Shown in pieces: positions 58,722 through 64,000 of a stretch of DNA of 64,000 nucleotides. This DNA comes from an uncultured delta proteobacterium (GTDB lineage: Bacteria > Desulfobacterota > RBG-13-43-22). Positions within the stretch are counted from its first letter, which is position 1. Each line of letters starts with the position of its first letter. Position numbers and translations under genes: made by a program. The notes under the pieces are model-generated. The model made no database searches, was not told the origin of the DNA, and saw only the letters and a program-made list of their open reading frames with translations. The stretch spans positions 6,136 to 70,135 of the forward strand of contig CAVVCH010000051.1 of the NCBI GenBank assembly GCA_963746605.1, written 5' to 3'.

Positions 58722-58740
58722 AATGATAATAATTCTCAAA
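58722..58740. promoter_or_regulatory. Fur-family 7-1-7 box
   Basis: AATGATAATAATTCTCAAA; core TGATAAT-A-ATTCTCA has one mismatch to TGATAATnATTATCA; 34 bp upstream of fabH. Confidence 0.55.
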
Positions 58741-58773
58741 CCATTTAGGACCGATTAAAAGAAGGATATTCCA

Positions 58774-59760
58774 TTGAAAAAAGTGTGCATCCAGGGGACA
58801 GGGTCTTTTATCCCGGAACGGGTAGTTCCCAACGCTTATTTCGAAGGTCTGGTAAATACCTCCAACGAATGGATCGTCAGTCGCACCGGAATCAAAGAAC
58901 GAAGGATGGTTTTGCCCGGGCAGGCCCTGAGCGATCTCGTTGTCCCGGCCGCGGAAAAGGCCTTGGAGATGGCAGACCTATCACCGGCTGAACTGGACCT
59001 CGTTATTATCGGGACCTCCACAGCCGATATGCCCTCTCCATCCGCGGGCTGTATAGTCCAGCACCGGATCGGGGCCAAAAGGGCTGTAGCCTTTGATCTG
59101 AATGCCGCCTGTCCGGGTTTTATTTACGGCCTGGCGGTGGCCCAGAAGTTTATGCAGGACGGCTCCCATCATCATGCCTTGGTAGTGGGGGGAGAAATCG
59201 TATCCCAACGGACCGATTTTCAGGATCGAAATACGTGCGTGCTCTTTGGAGACGGGGCCGGGGCGGTCGTTTTGGGCCAGCACACTCGAAAAGAGGAGGG
59301 CGAACTCCTTTCCACCCGGATCTATTCCGACGGAGACCTTTGGGGACTCCTGAATGTCCCCGGCGGAGGCTCTCTCAACCCGCCAACCCATGAGATGATC
59401 GACAAGCGACTCCAATATGTAAAGATGAAGGGCAATGAGGTGTTCAAACATGCCGTTCGTTTCATGGTGGAAGCCTCAAAGGCCGCCCTGGAAGAAGGTG
59501 GGATTTCCGGCCGGCAGATCGATTGGTTCATCCCCCACCAGGCCAATATCCGGATTATCGAAGCCGTGGCCAAGTTAATGGAAGTCCCCATGGAAAAAGT
59601 GATCCTGACCGTTCACAAGTACGGCAATACCTCAGCGGCTACCATTCCCACGGCCCTGGATGAAGCGGTTCGCTCCGAACGGATTAAACGAGGCGATCTG
59701 GTTCTGACCACCTCTTTTGGAGCCGGTTTTACCTGGGGAGCCTCTCTTTTTCGTTTTTAA
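58774..59760 (+). CDS. fabH: 3-oxoacyl-ACP synthase III
   Basis: RTGIKERR, AACPGF (Cys), LFGDGAGA, FIPHQAN (His), YGNTSAA (Asn), FGAGFTWG; TTG start. Confidence 0.95.
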   Translation: MKKVCIQGTGSFIPERVVPNAYFEGLVNTSNEWIVSRTGIKERRMVLPGQALSDLVVPAAEKALEMADLSPAELDLVIIGTSTADMPSPSAGCIVQHRIGAKRAVAFDLNAACPGFIYGLAVAQKFMQDGSHHHALVVGGEIVSQRTDFQDRNTCVLFGDGAGAVVLGQHTRKEEGELLSTRIYSDGDLWGLLNVPGGGSLNPPTHEMIDKRLQYVKMKGNEVFKHAVRFMVEASKAALEEGGISGRQIDWFIPHQANIRIIEAVAKLMEVPMEKVILTVHKYGNTSAATIPTALDEAVRSERIKRGDLVLTTSFGAGFTWGASLFRF

Positions 59761-60171
59761 CGGGGCAGCAAAAACGGACCGCTTCCGCGGGATTTCTTCG
59801 TCCCTGTTTCCCCCTGCCGGACTTCCCGATATTCTCGGAATATTTCATCGAGGCTCCTTCCTGGGACCGCCCCTCATTTTGAAATCCCTTGTTTTCCCCG
59901 ACCGGAAGTTTCTTCCGTAGACCAGCTGCTCTTTCAGCAATGACTGTCCGCTCACTTCAGGTAGACTCAAAGGTTCGTGGGAAGGGGGCTTTTCGTTTTC
60001 CTTTTTTTGTCGATAGTCGGTGCGCCTACGTTAAACAGGTTCATCCCTGTTTGAAACCTCGGCGCGAGGAATCGGTAGAGCAAAAAGTGGTTATGGGCAA
60101 CATCTTGACTTCCCTAAGAAAACCTACTAAGATGGCCGCGAAGTTGTTATCAATACAGAAAGGGGAAAGGC

Positions 60172-60939
60172 ATGGATATTAAAGATGGGGTAGCTGTGAT
60201 AACCGGCGGCGCTTCCGGTTTGGGGGAGGCCACGGTGCGCTATTTGTTGGGAAAAGGGGCCAAGGCATCGATCCTGGATTTTGCCCAGGACCGGGGAGAA
60301 AAGCTGGCGGCCGAGCTTGGCGGGGATGCGCTGTTCTGCAAAACCGATGTGACGGATGAAGCCAGTGTTAAGGAAGCCATTTTGAAAACAGTGGAAGTTT
60401 TCGGGGCCATCCATTTCGTGGTGAATTGTGCCGGTGTGGCCACACCCGGGAAGGTACTGGGAAAAGAGGGGCCGATGGATATCGGTCGCTTCAACCAGGT
60501 AATCCAGATCAACCTGATTGGCACCATGAACGTGATCCGTCTGGCTGCCGAACAGATCAATAAAAATCAACCCAACGAGGACGGCGAAAAAGGCGTGATG
60601 GTGAATACCGCTTCGATCGCGGCCTTTGAAGGCCAAGTCGGCCAGGCGGCTTATGCGGCCTCCAAGGCCGGGGTGGCCGGCATGACCCTGCCCATCGCCC
60701 GGGAGTTCGCCCAATACGGGATTCGAATCGTGACGATCGCCCCCGGGTTGTTTGAAACCCCCATGATGGCCGGCATGCCGCCCAAAGTCTATGAGTCTTT
60801 GGTCAACATGACTCTTTTCCCGAAACGCCTGGGCCGGCCCGTGGAATTCGCCATGCTGACGGCCCAGATCATTGAAAACCCGCTATTGAACGGGGAAGTG
60901 ATCCGTTTGGACGGCGGACTGAGGATGGGGGCAAAGTAA
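60172..60939 (+). CDS. SDR, 3-hydroxyacyl-CoA dehydrogenase type II (HSD10-like)
   Basis: TGGASGLG, VNCAG, NTASIAAFEGQVGQAAYAASK, IAPGLFETPM, NGEVIRLDGGLRM. Confidence 0.9.
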   Translation: MDIKDGVAVITGGASGLGEATVRYLLGKGAKASILDFAQDRGEKLAAELGGDALFCKTDVTDEASVKEAILKTVEVFGAIHFVVNCAGVATPGKVLGKEGPMDIGRFNQVIQINLIGTMNVIRLAAEQINKNQPNEDGEKGVMVNTASIAAFEGQVGQAAYAASKAGVAGMTLPIAREFAQYGIRIVTIAPGLFETPMMAGMPPKVYESLVNMTLFPKRLGRPVEFAMLTAQIIENPLLNGEVIRLDGGLRMGAK

Positions 60940-61054
60940 AGACGTTTTCATACTACTGGCTCCTCGATAAAAACGAAAGAAGGATCTCGGGTGGGGCTGG
61001 TGGACACCCTGGACGGGGATTTTGGAACGGTCTGCAACATTCCCCGATAGCGGA

Positions 61055-62628
61055 TTAAAAGGTTTTCTTGTCCAGCGAAAGTCGTTTCCTTGTCTTGAAC
61101 TCCGTTTCCCGGGGGAGACTTTTTAACTTTTTTTTCGTCTGCTTAACGCGAATCGTCGGCTTGTTCTCTAAAAGGTGCGGGGCCGAGGGACGACCTCCCC
61201 CTTCCATCGGACTAGGCCTGAGCCCCTGGTTTTGTCCATGGTCAAGGCCTTCAATCAGGCCTACCAGGTCATTGACCAGGTCCTTCATTTGGGTAGCCTG
61301 GGCATTCAATTCCTCGGAGGCCGAGGCCGATTCTTCGGCCGCGGCCGCATTCTGTTGAACGATCCGGTCCATTTCCGCCACCGCTTGACTGACCTGGCCA
61401 ATCCCCTGGGATTGTTCCTCGGAGGCCGAGGCAATTTCATCGATCAAATTGGAAATTTTTCCGGATACCAGGGTGTTCTCTTGGAAGGCATCCCGGGTGG
61501 CGACCGTCAATTCGTTTCCTTTCTTAATGGCGGTTATCGTATTCTCGATCAGGCTGCTGGTGTTTTTGGCCGCCTCGGCGGCCCGCATGGCCAGGTTCCT
61601 GACCTCATCGGCTACCACGGCGAAACCGGCCCCGGCCTCTCCGGCTCTGGCCGCTTCCACCGCGGCGTTCAAGGCCAATAAGTTGGTCTGAAAGGCTATT
61701 TCATCGATAGTTTTAATAATTTTTTCCGTCTCCTCGCTGGTCCGGGTAATCTCGGTGATGGCCTGTCCCATCTGGTCCATGTGGGTATTCACTTTTTTGA
61801 CAATTCCTTGTGCTTCCCCCATCATGATTTTGGCTTGGCGGGCATGGTCGGCGTTTTGTTTGGTCATGGAACCCATCTCCTCCATGGAAGCCGAAGTTTC
61901 CTCCAGGCCGGCCGCCTGCTCGGATGCCCCCTCCGCCAGGGATTGGCTGGCGGAAGAGACCTGGATGGAGGAGGCGGACAATTGCTCCGAACTATCCGAA
62001 AGCCCTGCGATCACCTTTCTAATGGGTCTGGTGATGGAGCGGATAATAAGAAAGGCGGCTAGTAAGCCCAATAGGACCGCGCCCAAGGCGCCGGCGATCA
62101 TCCAGGTATTGGCCCGAACCATTTGGGCTTCCATTTTCTTCTTTTGATTTAGCCGGGCTTCGTTGGCCTTGGCCTCCACGGTCCGGCCGGTCTGGATCAG
62201 GACTTCATCGATCTCCCGAAAGCCCTTCTCCAGGTCCACGCGCTGCTCTGTTTTCTTGGCGTTCAATTCCACGACGCGGTTAAAGGCCTGCTCATAGCGA
62301 TCCGCGGCCGCCAGAACCTCATCCATTTGACTCTGATTCAGCGGGTCTTTGAATTTCTTTCGGGTATTCGAAGCCAGATCTTTCAGGCTGGCGATTTCCT
62401 TTTTAACCTCTTGGACATATTTGTATCCCCACGGATGATATAATTTTTTTCATGGCGGCGGGCCTGCAAAATCATTTTTATCATCAGATTGGTATCATCG
62501 GCCTTTTCCACTCGATCCACGATCTTGCCCATTCCGTCCCATCCCACATAGGAAACAAGGCAGGTCAAAATCAAGATGAAGATAAAACCACTCGCAATTT
62601 TGGTTTTTAATTTATAGCGGTTGAACAT
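61055..62628 (-). CDS. Methyl-accepting chemotaxis protein (one indel near 62425)
   Basis: TM1 and periplasmic four-helix sensor ([13 protein letters not shown]) in ORF 62383..62703; TM2 and [37 protein letters not shown] in ORF 61055..62326. Confidence 0.9.
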
Positions 62629-63263
62629 TGGTTTATCCCCCTTGTCCTCAGAGAAATGAAATTCATTGATATTTATTTCACTAATATCATCGGTACATGA
62701 CATTTTTAACTTTAAGTAAAAGGCAGGGCCTGCCCGGGGATTTCAATCCGAAAACGGGCAGGCCAAGAAGGGGAGGGAGACAAGGTCGCGATGATTGGAG
62801 TATTCTATCGTTGACCATAATAACATTTATTCAATAATCGTACCAAGAAATATAATTATAAAAAGTCTTTTAATTCTAGTAGGTTAATCATAAAGGACTG
62901 CTCTGAAAACCTTCAAGCCGTTTAATGAAGGCAAGAATTTGACGGTTTGGATGTTTGTTCCTCCTGCCAAAGGAGGGATTTTTTTGGTTCTGAACTCGCC
63001 CCTATTTGTTGCAAACAAACTATGTTAACGGTTAATATTAAAAAAGCATACCTTAACCTAAGTGTTTCTTTTCATGAAACGATAACGATAATTTGTTGTT
63101 TAATTTAAGCTAGATACAAAAAGGGAGTTTGGCACAGAATTGCTTTTGTATGTATGGTATAGATCTATCCAGGCAATTTCTTAGGGTGACCATTCTTCCG
63201 CAAGGCAGACCAAATTCTATTAAAGGTTGTCTGAGAAATGCCGATAAGAAAAAGAGAACAATC

Positions 63264-64000
63264 ATGAAACATCTATATTTCTTTCAAAAAAAATTCTTAT
63301 TTATTAGGTCGTTGTTGGGCGTAGGGGTATTTTTCTTTCTTTTGATCGCCTGCGGATCGGGGGAGTCCTTTGGTGAATTGATTTTATCCGGAAACCAAGA
63401 TTGGAAGGCGGACATTGATATAACCTTCGGCCCCGAGTCGACCGCACAGGAATCGGGGATAGTTCAAAAGATTCACAAAGCCCTCCAGAAAGAGGTTCAG
63501 CCTCACGGAGTGGCTTATCAGCTATCCAGGCGTTTGGAAAGAAACGCCGCCTTCACCTATACGATCACCCTTCAGGGAAACGAGGGGTTGGATCAGTTTA
63601 AAAAAGTGGTTTTTGTCGCCGCCGATCCGACCATCCCGCTCGACCGATGGCCCGGTGGCCCTCGAACTGATCGGAAGTATAAGAAAGGGGGAGTCGATCC
63701 CGGTGATTTTGGAAAGTAATCCGAGTACCGGGTTTATCTGGGAACTCACAAACGCCAATGCGCAGCAGGTCCTGCAACAGGGGGAAGCCGTTTTTGAGCC
63801 CAAAAGTGATCTTTTAGGCGCCTCCATGAGCCAGATCATCTATCTGGAAGGAATGGAGGAGGGCGAAGCCGCTGTACAATTTACCTATCGCCGGCCCTGG
63901 TTGGGGGATCAAGTCCCTAAGAGGAAGACTACCATCCGGGTCCCCGAGATCGCCCTGGTGGCCAACCTGGGCAATCCCAATCCATCTCTGATGCGTCCGC
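63264..64000 (+). CDS. Putative lipoprotein with a chagasin / inhibitor I42 domain (indel near 63645; truncated by window end)
   Basis: Lipobox-like LIAC; after the shift, LESNPSTGFIWE and VQFTYRRPW chagasin motifs. Confidence 0.65.

Noticed and set aside
63130-63144. Sigma-54 promoter TGGCACAGAATTGCT upstream of the I42 lipoprotein
   Set aside because: Spacing is GG-N9-GC rather than the required GG-N10-GC; it could be real if one base is missing, so recheck after polishing
1-64000. tRNA, rRNA, riboswitches (cobalamin, c-di-GMP), IS elements and prophage
   Set aside because: No recognisable signature by eye and no transposase, integrase or phage ORFs; an Infernal/tRNAscan run would be needed to exclude small RNAs

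Overview
A GC-rich bacterial chromosomal segment from an anaerobe. Gene content (multiheme cytochromes, CCG Fe-S proteins, AOR-like protein, corrinoid proteins, HDOD, MCP) suggests Desulfobacterota/Deltaproteobacteria; this is inference. About 60 genes are present. I recognised no rRNA, tRNA, CRISPR array, integrase or transposase. About 15-20 genes are broken by 1-bp indels, mostly an extra base in or near a homopolymer, which looks more like consensus error than pseudogenisation; several reading frames were reconstructed by hand. Main blocks: RelE/RHH toxin-antitoxin pair; dacA-acyltransferase-B12 radical SAM; ECF sigma/CMD/SHOCT; D-cysteine desulfhydrase family plus racemase (CuyA/CuyB-like); an acyl-CoA mutase operon with the isobutyryl-CoA mutase Phe/Gln signature; kup; an orphan MtaA-type methyltransferase plus corrinoid protein; a GntR-mmsA-GlcD/GlcF-like-livKHMGF catabolic island divergent from a ferredoxin and a degenerate AOR-like protein; a BPL_N protein coupled to a 13-heme-c, two-cytochrome-b, CCG-protein membrane redox operon; Phd/VapC; an SsuABC-type ABC transporter coupled to a NitD-like radical SAM probably fused to a NitE-like GNAT; fabH behind a Fur-like box; an SDR; an MCP; and a chagasin (I42) domain lipoprotein cut by the window end. 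Intergenic DNA carries many short palindromic dispersed repeats, including four copies of a CTAG-anchored ~30-bp palindrome.
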